From NCBI GenBank assembly GCA_012514745.1, contig JAAYZR010000002.1, positions 40,962 through 104,961 of the forward strand: a stretch of 64,000 bases of DNA, read 5' to 3'. How positions within the stretch are numbered: position 1 is the first letter of the stretch; every line of letters begins with the position of its first letter. Below the pieces are notes generated by a model, which worked only from the letters and a program-made list of their open reading frames with translations, did no database searches and was not told the origin of the DNA. Shown here piece after piece: positions 17,127 through 26,300 of this stretch. The stretch is from Candidatus Undivivens industriae. Its GTDB lineage: Bacteria; Omnitrophota; Gorgyraeia; Gygaellales; Profunditerraquicolaceae. The position numbers and the translations under genes are program-made.

Positions 17127-20100
17127 TAGAATTCTTCGTAAAACACAGGATCACCACGATCATGTTCATCCTGGTTTTCGTGGTGCTCGGCATTTTCAGC
17201 TATTCCAACCTGATGATCGAGAAGACCCCTAAAGTGGATTTTCCGATCGTCACGGTCTCCGTTACCTATCCCGGGGCCACCCCGTTGGAAGTGGAGACCC
17301 TGGTGGTAAAGAAAATAGAGGACGCCGTCTCGGAGATCTCCGAGATCAAGAAGATCAAGAGTCAGTCTTACGACAGTTTCGGGTTCATTTACGTGGAATT
17401 TCTGCTCTCCGCCGACGTGAACGTCAAGTCCATAGAAGTGAAGGACAAGGTGGAGGCTATCCTCAACGATCTTCCAGACGCCGTGGAAAAGCCGGTCATC
17501 GAGAAATACGACCCGCTCATCGAACCGGTGCTGGACCTGGTTTTGTCCTCGGACAACGGCGACCTGCGCGAGGTGTATGAATACGCGGATAAAACGCTGA
17601 AAACCAGGTTTTCCTCCATACGCGGCGTGGCCAAGGTAGACGTCTACGGCGGGAAGAAACGACAGATAAACGTGCGCCTCGATCCTATGCTGATGAAACA
17701 ACATTATATCAGTATAAACGAGGTGGTCGCCGCGCTGATGGCGCGCAACAAGAACGTCCCTGCCGGAGATATAGAAAAGGGGTTTGACGCCCTTAGCGTG
17801 CGTTTTACCGGGGAGTTCCAGAGCGTGGAGGAGATAGCGCAGACCCGCCTTGTCTCCACCGACGCCGGAGAGTTCCGGCTGAAAGATATCGCTTCGGTAG
17901 AGGACGGTTACAAGAAGATATCCAGTATCGCCAGATATAACGGGAAGGAAGTCGTAGCTCTCTCCGTGAACAAGGCCTCGGACGGCAATGCCGTGTACAT
18001 AGCGCAGGAAATGAAACGCCGCCTGCCGGCGTTACGCAAAGAGCTGCCGCAGGGGATGTATCTTGATATCGCCACCGACACCACCACCTTCATAGTCAAC
18101 GAAACAGCCGACACCGAATGGAATATTTTCATAGGGATAATCCTGACCATCGCCCTGCTTTTGCTTTTTCTTGGGAGGCGGGACATGTCTTTTATTTCCG
18201 CCATCATCATCCCCACCTCGATCATCTCCACATTTTTTCCCATGTGGGGGTCAGGGTTTTCCATAAACATGATGACCCTGCTGGCCATAGCCACGGTGCT
18301 GGGGACACTGATCTCCAACGCCCTTGTTATCCTGGAGAACGTGACGGTGCATATGGAACGCCACGATGATCCGGAGAAAGCGGCGATAGAAGGGACCAAA
18401 GAAGTTTTTATTCCCGTCATCGCCTCTACCGGCACCAACCTGGTGGTATTCCTGCCTATCGCCATGATGGGCGGGATGGTCGGGTTGTTCATGAAGTCCT
18501 TCGGTTTGACGGTAGTTTACGCCACTTGTTTCTCTCTCTTGGCCTCGTTCACCCTCACGCCCATGCTCTGTGCGGCGATGCTTAAAACGGACGGAGGCAA
18601 AAAGGCCGTTCCCGGCGGAAAAACGTCGAAACTGATATCTTTGTGGAACAAGATTTTATCCGGGATCGGCGCTATAATGGATCTGCTGAAAAAGGGATAC
18701 AGGCGTATATTCGACTGGATGTTCCGTTTCCCGGGTTTTACGATTTTCCTGTCGGCGCTGGCGCTGGCAGGGTCATTTTTGCTCGTTCCCTTCGTGGAAA
18801 ACGACTTCGCCCCGAAATCAGACGAGGATAAGATAGTGGTCAACTTTTCTCTGCCGCAAGGGTCGACTATCGAGCGAACCGAGGCTGCAGCGAAGCGGAT
18901 CGAAGCTTTCCTGGAGACCATACCGGAAAAGAAGTCTTATTTGGTCAATATCGGGGACAACGGCGTGGAGAACGCCAGGGTAACCCTGGACCTGCTTCCT
19001 TCGGCGGAACGCAGGCGCAGCGACCTGCAGGTTATCGATTCCCTGACCGTTTTTCTCTCCCGGCTCCCGGACGTGGAAGCCAGCAGCGTGCGCCAGGGGA
19101 TGAGTTCATCGGTCAGCGACGGAGACGTGGCCATAGATCTTTACGGCAGCGATTACGCGGTGATGGCGGAGATAGCGGGACAGATGAAGGAAATAATGTA
19201 CAAGAACGGCGCGTTCCAGAGCGTGATATTATCCTACAAGACGCCCAGAAAAGAGCTCCGTTTGATCCCCGACGAGGAGAAGCTGAACGAGTTCGGTCTG
19301 ACAGCCGCCGGGGCGGGTGCGGTGCTGCGTTATTCCATCTTCGGAGAGGATTCCAACATTTATAAGGAGAAAGGCGAGGAGTACAAGGTTAACGTGGAGC
19401 TGGACGACCGGTATGCCGGGAATTTCGACGATATCAAGGAGATATCCATACTTTCGCGCAAAGGATTGATTCCGGTCAGCGAACTGGGAGAGATCAGGAT
19501 GGATAAGGCTGTGCCGACTATCTGGCGCAGGGACCGCAGGCGCATCATCCGTCTGGACGGCTTCCTGGCGAAAAGTTCGCTTGGTATCGTCAGCGGAGAA
19601 CTTGATAATGAATTCAAGGCGGTAAAGTTTCCTCCGGGTTACAGTTATAAGTATGCGGGGTATTCCGAATACATGAACGAATCCACGGTTGAGCTCGGCA
19701 AAGCCTTCCTGCTGGCGGTGATCCTGACCTTCATGCTGCTGTGCGCCATAATGAATTCCCTAATAGCCTATCCTTTGGCGGTCATGGCTACGGTGCTTAC
19801 CTCTTTCGCGGGGATGATACTCGGGCTGTTCTTCATGAATCAGAGTATCAACATCGCTTCCATGATGGGAATGGTCATGCTGGTGGGCATGGTGGTTAAT
19901 AACGCCATCCTGCTCTTGGACCAGACCCTGGTGAAGATGAGAGAGGGGTTGCCGGTTAAGGATGCCCTGTGGCAGGGGGCTTCGGATAAATTCCGGGCCA
20001 TCATCATGACTTCCCTGGCTATAATACTGGGGGTCGTCCCCCAGATGTGGAGCTTGAGCAAGGTCAAGCAGTCTATGGGCGCGGTCATGATCGGCGGGAT

Positions 20101-20197
20101 GCTGGCTTCGATAGTATTCACTTTCGTGCTCGTCCCGGTGCTCTTTTGGTACCTGGAACGCTTCGAAAGAAAATTCCTCAGGAAAAGAACGGCATGA
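17123..20197 (+). CDS. RND multidrug efflux transporter (AcrB/AcrD/AcrF family)
   Basis: 1024 aa; 12-TM plus two large periplasmic loops architecture and conserved ACR_tran blocks. Confidence 0.9.
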   Translation: MIEFFVKHRITTIMFILVFVVLGIFSYSNLMIEKTPKVDFPIVTVSVTYPGATPLEVETLVVKKIEDAVSEISEIKKIKSQSYDSFGFIYVEFLLSADVNVKSIEVKDKVEAILNDLPDAVEKPVIEKYDPLIEPVLDLVLSSDNGDLREVYEYADKTLKTRFSSIRGVAKVDVYGGKKRQINVRLDPMLMKQHYISINEVVAALMARNKNVPAGDIEKGFDALSVRFTGEFQSVEEIAQTRLVSTDAGEFRLKDIASVEDGYKKISSIARYNGKEVVALSVNKASDGNAVYIAQEMKRRLPALRKELPQGMYLDIATDTTTFIVNETADTEWNIFIGIILTIALLLLFLGRRDMSFISAIIIPTSIISTFFPMWGSGFSINMMTLLAIATVLGTLISNALVILENVTVHMERHDDPEKAAIEGTKEVFIPVIASTGTNLVVFLPIAMMGGMVGLFMKSFGLTVVYATCFSLLASFTLTPMLCAAMLKTDGGKKAVPGGKTSKLISLWNKILSGIGAIMDLLKKGYRRIFDWMFRFPGFTIFLSALALAGSFLLVPFVENDFAPKSDEDKIVVNFSLPQGSTIERTEAAAKRIEAFLETIPEKKSYLVNIGDNGVENARVTLDLLPSAERRRSDLQVIDSLTVFLSRLPDVEASSVRQGMSSSVSDGDVAIDLYGSDYAVMAEIAGQMKEIMYKNGAFQSVILSYKTPRKELRLIPDEEKLNEFGLTAAGAGAVLRYSIFGEDSNIYKEKGEEYKVNVELDDRYAGNFDDIKEISILSRKGLIPVSELGEIRMDKAVPTIWRRDRRRIIRLDGFLAKSSLGIVSGELDNEFKAVKFPPGYSYKYAGYSEYMNESTVELGKAFLLAVILTFMLLCAIMNSLIAYPLAVMATVLTSFAGMILGLFFMNQSINIASMMGMVMLVGMVVNNAILLLDQTLVKMREGLPVKDALWQGASDKFRAIIMTSLAIILGVVPQMWSLSKVKQSMGAVMIGGMLASIVFTFVLVPVLFWYLERFERKFLRKRTA

Positions 20198-20340
20198 AGT
20201 ATTGGGAATCTTTGTCTTTGGTAGCCGGAATGCTCGGGACAAACAAGGCGCTGCTCTGGCATGGGAGACGCGTCGCCGGGAAGAGTATCCATTTTTGAAC
20301 TTTGGCTTCGGAACGGTATCCCGGTATAAAAGACGGAGGT

Positions 20341-20426
20341 TGGTGCTGGAGGTGGGAGTTGAACCCACACGGACGTTAGCCCATCGGTTTTTGAGACCGA
20401 CGTGTATGCCATTCCACCACTCCAGC
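20341..20426 (-). tRNA. tRNA-Leu (anticodon CAA), type II with long variable arm
   Basis: Reverse complement reads GCTGGAG...TCGGT-CTCAAAA-ACCGA...GTGGGTTCAACTCCCAC-CTCCAGC-A-CCA: 7-bp acceptor stem, anticodon loop CUCAAAA, long variable arm, encoded CCA. Confidence 0.85.
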
Positions 20427-20442
20427 ATTATTGAGTATAATA

Positions 20443-20471
20443 AATATACTATCTAAAATCCTGTTTGTCAA
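20443..20471 (-). promoter_or_regulatory. sigma70-type promoter for tRNA-Leu (minus strand: TTGACA, 17 nt, TATATT)
   Basis: Reverse complement of 20443-20471 reads TTGACAAACAGGATTTTAGATAGTATATT; -10 lies about 10 nt upstream of the tRNA 5' end. Confidence 0.55.
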
Positions 20472-20493
20472 TTTGAGAAAATCGTTGTATAAT
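20465..20493 (+). promoter_or_regulatory. sigma70-type promoter (TTGTCA, 17 nt, TATAAT) pointing toward tRNA-Ala/ilvB; shares its -35 hexamer with the divergent tRNA-Leu promoter
   Basis: TTGTCA 20465-20470 and TATAAT 20488-20493; the palindromic TTGTCAA is read as -35 on both strands. Confidence 0.55.
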
Positions 20494-20669
20494 TATTACT
20501 TCTGCCCGGGGTATTATCCGGGGTGGTGAATACGGGATTTTTATTTCGACGGCGCTTAAACGCGCACTTAAGGCCGCGTTTAAGCCCCTCAAACCGCATA
20601 GGCACCGCTCAGTATCAAAATCATGAGCAAACCATGGCCTTTCGGTCGTGGCGCGTCGAATTGATTCAT

Positions 20670-20745
20670 GGGGCTGTAGCTCAGCTGGGAGAGCACTTGC
20701 ATGGCATGCAAGGGGTCAGGAGTTCAATCCTCCTCAGCTCCACCA
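20670..20745 (+). tRNA. tRNA-Ala (anticodon GGC)
   Basis: GGGGCTGTAGCTCAGCTGGGAGAGCACTTGCATGGCATGCAAGGGGTCAGGAGTTCAATCCTCCTCAGCTCCACCA; G3:U70 alanine identity pair, anticodon loop AUGGCAU, T-loop GTTCAATCC, encoded CCA. Confidence 0.9.
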
Positions 20746-20843
20746 TTTTTATTCTGCGGCGCTGCGGTGAGGCGGCCGGGAGACGATGTCCCGTCCCTTC
20801 TTTAACAGCGCCTTGTTTGTTTTTCGGCGAAAGAATAATTATT

Positions 20844-22556
20844 ATGAAAAAAAAGATCTCGAAAACCACGCCTTCGCAGGATGTCCATTCCCGAAACGGC
20901 GCCCGGGTTCTGGTGGAATGCCTGGAAAAGGAAGGGGTGGAGGTTATCTTCGGTTACCCCGGCGCCGCCGTGCTCCCGCTTTTCGATCTCCTTTTCGACA
21001 GCAGGGTGCGTTTCGTGCTCACCAGGCATGAACAGGGCGCTTCTCACGCCGCCGACGGCTATGCCAGGGTGACTGGCAAACCCGGGGTATGCCTCGCCAC
21101 TTCCGGGCCGGGCGCGGTGAACCTTGTCACCGGGTTGGCAACAGCCTATATGGATTCAGTACCGCTGGTGGCGGTCACCGGGCAGGTAAAAACCACGCTT
21201 ATAGGCAACGATGCTTTTCAGGAAGCGGACGTGACCGGTATCACGCGTCCCATCACCAAACATAACTATTTGCTGAAGGACGCTCGCGAGATCCCGGGCG
21301 TCGTGCGCGAGGCTTTTTACCTTGCCTCTTCAGGCAGGCCCGGCCCGGTGTTGATAGACCTGCCGGTGGACGTTCAGCAGCAGGTAGTGGAAGGAGATCT
21401 CTTTGCTCCTTCCCCAAGGCAGGAGAAGATTAATCTTTCCGCGCACAGAGGACAGATACACAGGGCCGCGGAGTTGATCGCGGCTTCCCAAAAGCCGCTT
21501 ATAATCGCCGGCGGCGGGGCGGTCACCTCCGGGGCGCAACGGCTGCTTGTGGAGCTGGCGGATAGGATACGCTGTCCGGCGGCGGTAACGCTTATGGGCA
21601 TGGGGGTTTTTCCGGCCGGACACGGATTTTATCTGGGTATGCCGGGGATGCACGGAACAGTTTATGCCAACCGGGCGATCAGCGAATCGGATTTGATTAT
21701 AGCCGTCGGCGTGCGTTTTGACGACAGGGTCACCGGACGGACCGACGCGTTTGCGCCCCGGGCGAGGATCATACAGATAGACATAGATCCTTCTTCCATC
21801 GGCAAGAATATCGACGCCGACCTGCCGATAACCGCCGACGCTTCGGCGGCGCTGGCCCAACTGCTGAAAGCTTTGAAAAAACTGCCGGATACCGGCAAAT
21901 GGCTGCAGCGCGTCGCCCGGCTCAAAAAAGAATATCCTTTATCTTACAAAGACGAGCCCGGGAAGATAAAACCGCAGTCGGTGATCCAAGAGATATATAA
22001 AGCCACTAAAGGCAGAGCGATAATCGTCACCGACGTGGGGCAAAACCAGATGTGGACCGCGCAATGGTATCCTTTCGAACGCCCGCGCCGTCTGATAACT
22101 TCCGGGGGGCTGGGGACTATGGGGTTCGGCCTGCCGGCGGCCATGGGCGCCAAGATCGCCTCTCCGCGCGATACCGTATTTCTTATTTCAGGAGACGGCT
22201 CCATACAGATGAATTTACGGGAACTGGCTACCTGCGCCGCCGAAGGTATAGACATCAAGATAGCGGTGTTGAACAACGGATGCCTGGGGATGGTGCGTCA
22301 ATGGCAGGAATTGTTCTATAGACGGCGTTACAGTCAGTCGTTGCTGTGCTCGCCGGATTTCGTTATGCTGGCGCGCAGTTACGGTCTCGACGGGGCCCTG
22401 GTGCGAGGGAATAATGGGGTGCGTCCGGCGTTGAAGAAGGCGTTGTCTTCGCGCAAGACGTTCATTGTTGATTTTCGCGTAGACAGCGGGGAAAACGTCA
22501 TGCCGATGGTGCCCGCGGGAGAGGCTATCGACCGCATGATCGGCGGCATGGCTTGA
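20844..22556 (+). CDS. ilvB: acetolactate synthase large subunit (thiamine-pyrophosphate enzyme)
   Basis: 570 aa from MKKKISKTTP (ATG 20844); the ORF-track start 20523 would run through the tRNA-Ala. TPP-enzyme N, central and C domains (GYPGAAVLPLFD..., GLGTMGFGLPAAMGAK..., ISGDGSIQMN). Confidence 0.85.
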   Translation: MKKKISKTTPSQDVHSRNGARVLVECLEKEGVEVIFGYPGAAVLPLFDLLFDSRVRFVLTRHEQGASHAADGYARVTGKPGVCLATSGPGAVNLVTGLATAYMDSVPLVAVTGQVKTTLIGNDAFQEADVTGITRPITKHNYLLKDAREIPGVVREAFYLASSGRPGPVLIDLPVDVQQQVVEGDLFAPSPRQEKINLSAHRGQIHRAAELIAASQKPLIIAGGGAVTSGAQRLLVELADRIRCPAAVTLMGMGVFPAGHGFYLGMPGMHGTVYANRAISESDLIIAVGVRFDDRVTGRTDAFAPRARIIQIDIDPSSIGKNIDADLPITADASAALAQLLKALKKLPDTGKWLQRVARLKKEYPLSYKDEPGKIKPQSVIQEIYKATKGRAIIVTDVGQNQMWTAQWYPFERPRRLITSGGLGTMGFGLPAAMGAKIASPRDTVFLISGDGSIQMNLRELATCAAEGIDIKIAVLNNGCLGMVRQWQELFYRRRYSQSLLCSPDFVMLARSYGLDGALVRGNNGVRPALKKALSSRKTFIVDFRVDSGENVMPMVPAGEAIDRMIGGMA

Positions 22557-22578
22557 CGGCCGCACGGAGATAACCGGT

Positions 22579-23430
22579 ATGTCTATGCTTTTAGGTGCGC
22601 ATATTTCCGCGGCGGGCGGGGTTTCTCTGGTGCCCGGCCGGGCCGCGGAATTGGGGTGTAATACAGCGCAGTTTTTCAGCCGCAGTCCGCAGTCCTGGCG
22701 CAGCAGGAGGCTGGACCTTTCTCAGGCCGCGGGGTTCCGCAAGGGGCGCGCGCAAAACGGCATCGCCCCGGTTTTCATACACATTTCATATCTGATAAAT
22801 CTTGCCTCGGCGGACAAAAAGCTTTTTCTTTCCTCCGTGGAGGCTTTTGTGGAAGATATGCGCGACGCGGAAATCCTCGGCGCTGATTATATCGTCAGCC
22901 ATATGGGCTGCCACAAGGGGGCGGGAGAGGATGCCGGACTGGCGCGTTTCTCCGGCGCGCTTAATACCATTATCAAAAAAACCGCCGGTTCTTCCGTAGG
23001 GATACTGCTGGAGAATTCAGCCGGCTCCGGCAGCTGCCTGGGATACGATTTTTCTCATCAGCGCAGGGTGCTGGAAGCGCTTGAAGACACGGGAAGGGTC
23101 GGCACTTGCCTTGATACGGCGCATGCCTTTGCCTCCGGGTACGATCTTTCCACGGCCTCAGGGCTGGCTGAGCTTTTGAAGGAAATACAAGATCAAACCG
23201 GAACGGAAAAATTGAGACTGGTCCATCTTAACGACAGCAGGAGCCCCTGCGGTTCGCGCGTGGACGCGCACGAACATATCGGCAAAGGCATGATAGGGCT
23301 CGCAGGGATGCGTAGGATAGTCAATCATCCGTTTTTAAAAAACCTGCCTTTCATCCTGGAGACGCCGAAAGACGGCGTTAGGGCGGACGCGATAAATTTA
23401 AGCACGGTAAAGGAATTACGCGGGCGTTGA
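22579..23430 (+). CDS. nfo: endonuclease IV (AP endonuclease family 2)
   Basis: 283 aa; MSMLLGAHISAAGG N-terminus and conserved His/Asp/Glu metal ligands of the Nfo TIM barrel (HLNDSR..., DAHEHIGKG). Confidence 0.85.
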   Translation: MSMLLGAHISAAGGVSLVPGRAAELGCNTAQFFSRSPQSWRSRRLDLSQAAGFRKGRAQNGIAPVFIHISYLINLASADKKLFLSSVEAFVEDMRDAEILGADYIVSHMGCHKGAGEDAGLARFSGALNTIIKKTAGSSVGILLENSAGSGSCLGYDFSHQRRVLEALEDTGRVGTCLDTAHAFASGYDLSTASGLAELLKEIQDQTGTEKLRLVHLNDSRSPCGSRVDAHEHIGKGMIGLAGMRRIVNHPFLKNLPFILETPKDGVRADAINLSTVKELRGR

Positions 23431-25856
23431 ATCGCGGGTTTCGAACGGGGGAAAATATGGAACAATATGATTTTTCGCGGATAGAACAGAAATGGCAGCG
23501 TATCTGGGAAGAAAAGGGGGTTTTTCGCGCCCAACGCGACCCCCGGCGCAAGTTCTACTGTCTGGAGATGTTTCCATATCCTTCCGGGAAGATACACATG
23601 GGGCACGTGCGTAACTATACTATCGGGGACGTTTACAGCCGGTATAAGTCTTTGTGCGGATATAACGTGCTGCATCCGATGGGGTTTGACGCTTTCGGAC
23701 AGCCGGCCGAGAATGCCGCGATCAAGAACGGGACAAAGCCGGACGTTTGGACATACAAGTGCATAGAAGAAATGCGTGTTGAGTTGAAGAAAATGGGATT
23801 TTCTTATGATTGGCAGCGCGAAGTAGCGACCTGCGACAGTAGTTATTACCGCTGGAATCAGTGGATATTCCTGAAGATGCTGGAGAAAGGGTTGGCGTAT
23901 AAAAAGGCTTCTCCGGTCAACTGGTGCCCCTCCTGTGCCACCACCCTGGCCAATGAGGAAGTGATAGACGGCGGCTGCTGGCGCTGCCACAGCCCGGTGG
24001 AACAGCGTCGGTTGGAACAGTGGTATTTGAAGATCACGCAATACCAGGAACGCCTGCTGGAAGACCTCAAGGAACTGGAACATTGGCCGGATAAGGTCCG
24101 GGCCATGCAGGAGAACTGGCTGGGCAAAAGCGAAGGCACGGAGATTTATTTCCGGGAAAAGGACAACGGCTCCGTGATTACCGTTTTCACCACCCGGCCG
24201 GACACCATTTTCGGGGCGACCTATCTGGTGATGGCCCCGGAACACCCTCTTTTAGCGGAGATAATAAAAGGCCGGCCGCGGGAAGATAAAGTGAAAGAAT
24301 TCATCGCCGGAGCAGGCGCGCGCAGAAAGGCTTCGTCATTGTCTGAGCCCGGGAAAGAAGGGATTTTTACCGGCGCCTACGCGGTGAATCCGGTGAATTC
24401 GGAAAGTGTGCCTATCTGGACCGCCGATTATGTCCTGACCGGTTACGGAACCGGCGCGGTAATGGCCGTGCCCACGCACGACCAGCGCGATTTCCTTTTC
24501 GCCAAAGAACACGGTCTGCCTTTACGTATAGTAATACGGTCTGCGGGCGAACCCGGCCGGACTGCAGAGCAGATGGTGGAAGCGTATGAGGATGACGGCA
24601 CCCTGGTAAATTCCGGAGATTTCGACGGATTGCCTGCGGGTGAAGCCCGGGATAAGATATCGGTCTGGATGGAAAAAGAAGGCATGGGCAAGAGAGTTAC
24701 TTGTTGGAGGCTGCGCGACTGGCTGATCTCCAGGCAGCGTTACTGGGGGACCCCCATACCGGTAATTTATTGCCGGGACTGCGGCATAGTTCCGGTGCCT
24801 TACGAACATCTCCCCGTGGAGTTACCCGCCGACGCGCCTTTTACCGGGGAGGGCGGCAGCCCGCTGGGCAAGGTCGCGGAGTTCGTCGAGACCGTCTGTC
24901 CCAAGTGCGGCGGCAGAGCGCGCCGGGAAACCGACACCATGGCGACTTTCTTCGATTCTTCCTGGTATTTCTTGCGTTACTGCTCTCCGGGCGAAATATC
25001 CGCCCCTTTTAACGGCGCGGATGCGGCTTACTGGATGCCGGTTGACCAGTATATCGGCGGCATAGAACACGCCATACTGCATCTGCTTTATTCCAGGTTC
25101 TTCACCAAGTTTTTCAGCGATCTCGGCATGCTCAAGCTGAAAGAGCCGTTCAACTGTCTTTTGACGCAGGGGATGGTGCTTAAGGACGGGGAGGTGATGT
25201 CGAAATCCAGGGGGAATATCGTCGATCCGGACTCCATGATCAGAAGGTACGGGGCGGACACCCTGCGTTTGTTCATCCTTTTTGCCGCCCCCCCTGAGAC
25301 GGAACTGGAATGGGATGAACGCGGCCTGGATGGAGCGCACCGTTTTCTGAACCGCGTCTGGCGGATTAAGGATAATCTTGTCCCGTCTTCTCCGGAGAGC
25401 ATCCTGCGGGCGATGCACCGCACGGTAAGGAAAGTTACGGACGAGGTGGAGAATTTCAAATTCAATACCGCCATCGCGGCGATGATGGAATTCGTCAACG
25501 CCGTCTATCAGTCGGGGGCGGATAGAGAGGTCTATTCGGTGTTGTTAAGGCTTCTTGCCCCGTTTGTCCCGCATTTCTGCGAGGAACTCTGGGAAGAAAC
25601 GGGGCATAAAGAGACTATTTTCGTTTCCGGCTGGCCGTCTTATGACCCTGAAATGCTCAGAGAATCCACCCTGACCGTCGTGGTGCAGGTCAACAGCAGG
25701 GTGCGTTCCAAGCTTAGGGTTCCGGCCGACATAGAAGAGGAGGAATTAAAACGTCTGGCCCGGTGCGACGAACAGGTCCTTCCCTGGCTGGCGGGAAAGA
25801 ATATAAAAAGCGTGATAGTGGTGCCGGGCAAACTGATCAATATAGTCGCGGCGTAA
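23427..25856 (+). CDS. leuS: leucyl-tRNA synthetase
   Basis: 809 aa; HIGH (HMGHVRNYTIGD) and KMSKS (VMSKSRGN) class I motifs, CP1 editing region; true start may be the ATG at 23457 (MEQYDFSRIEQKWQ). Confidence 0.9.
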   Translation: MNRGFRTGENMEQYDFSRIEQKWQRIWEEKGVFRAQRDPRRKFYCLEMFPYPSGKIHMGHVRNYTIGDVYSRYKSLCGYNVLHPMGFDAFGQPAENAAIKNGTKPDVWTYKCIEEMRVELKKMGFSYDWQREVATCDSSYYRWNQWIFLKMLEKGLAYKKASPVNWCPSCATTLANEEVIDGGCWRCHSPVEQRRLEQWYLKITQYQERLLEDLKELEHWPDKVRAMQENWLGKSEGTEIYFREKDNGSVITVFTTRPDTIFGATYLVMAPEHPLLAEIIKGRPREDKVKEFIAGAGARRKASSLSEPGKEGIFTGAYAVNPVNSESVPIWTADYVLTGYGTGAVMAVPTHDQRDFLFAKEHGLPLRIVIRSAGEPGRTAEQMVEAYEDDGTLVNSGDFDGLPAGEARDKISVWMEKEGMGKRVTCWRLRDWLISRQRYWGTPIPVIYCRDCGIVPVPYEHLPVELPADAPFTGEGGSPLGKVAEFVETVCPKCGGRARRETDTMATFFDSSWYFLRYCSPGEISAPFNGADAAYWMPVDQYIGGIEHAILHLLYSRFFTKFFSDLGMLKLKEPFNCLLTQGMVLKDGEVMSKSRGNIVDPDSMIRRYGADTLRLFILFAAPPETELEWDERGLDGAHRFLNRVWRIKDNLVPSSPESILRAMHRTVRKVTDEVENFKFNTAIAAMMEFVNAVYQSGADREVYSVLLRLLAPFVPHFCEELWEETGHKETIFVSGWPSYDPEMLRESTLTVVVQVNSRVRSKLRVPADIEEEELKRLARCDEQVLPWLAGKNIKSVIVVPGKLINIVAA

Positions 25857-25884
25857 GCATAAGAAAAGGTATTGGTATCGTTAC

Positions 25885-25920
25885 GGCCGTTCCTCCAGTA
25901 TGGAGGGCGGCCGTTTTTTT
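25885..25920 (+). terminator. rho-independent terminator after leuS
   Basis: GGCCGTTCCTCC-AGTAT-GGAGGGCGGCC hairpin (25885-25912) followed by TTTTTTT (25914-25920). Confidence 0.75.
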
Positions 25921-25955
25921 GCGTTAGAAAAAGCCCTTTTAGTGCGTCTATTAAT

Positions 25956-26300
25956 ATGATGGTATATTTTACTCCTCAAGAAAAACGCGCCCTGGTTTTT
26001 CTCTGCTGCGTGGTGCTGGCGGGTTCTGTCGCAGAGGCGGCGGGCAAGCATTTCCGGCGCAGCAGGCCTTTGCCGAGGATCTATTACCGCGTGGGGAAGC
26101 TGGATTTGAACCGCGCCGGTAAAGAGGAGCTCTGTTCTTTGCCCGGGATAGGAGAGAAATTGGCGGAACGCATATGCGTTCTGCGCGCCCGGCGCGGCGG
26201 ATTCGGGAGTATCGGGGAGTTGAAGGAAGTCGAAGGAATCGGAGAGGCGAAATACGGCAGGCTGAAGGATTTCTTTTATCTGGAAGGAGAGGAACGATAA
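25956..26300 (+). CDS. comEA: competence protein ComEA (helix-hairpin-helix DNA-binding)
   Basis: About 114 aa from MMVYFTPQEK (the ORF-track start 25872 would run through the leuS terminator); TM anchor plus HhH pair LDLNRAGKEELCSLPGIGEKLAERI...ELKEVEGIGEAKY. Confidence 0.75.
   Translation: MMVYFTPQEKRALVFLCCVVLAGSVAEAAGKHFRRSRPLPRIYYRVGKLDLNRAGKEELCSLPGIGEKLAERICVLRARRGGFGSIGELKEVEGIGEAKYGRLKDFFYLEGEER

Noticed and set aside
16377-17704. Two minus-strand ORFs (248 and 206 aa)
   Set aside because: Antisense to the MFP and RND pump genes.
20202-20456. 84-aa plus-strand ORF
   Set aside because: Overlaps the minus-strand tRNA-Leu and its promoter. It has no RBS or homology.
20523-20843. N-terminal 107 codons of the ORF-track 677-aa ORF
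   Set aside because: Would read through the tRNA-Ala gene and its leader. The real ilvB start is the ATG at 20844 (MKKKISKTTP...).
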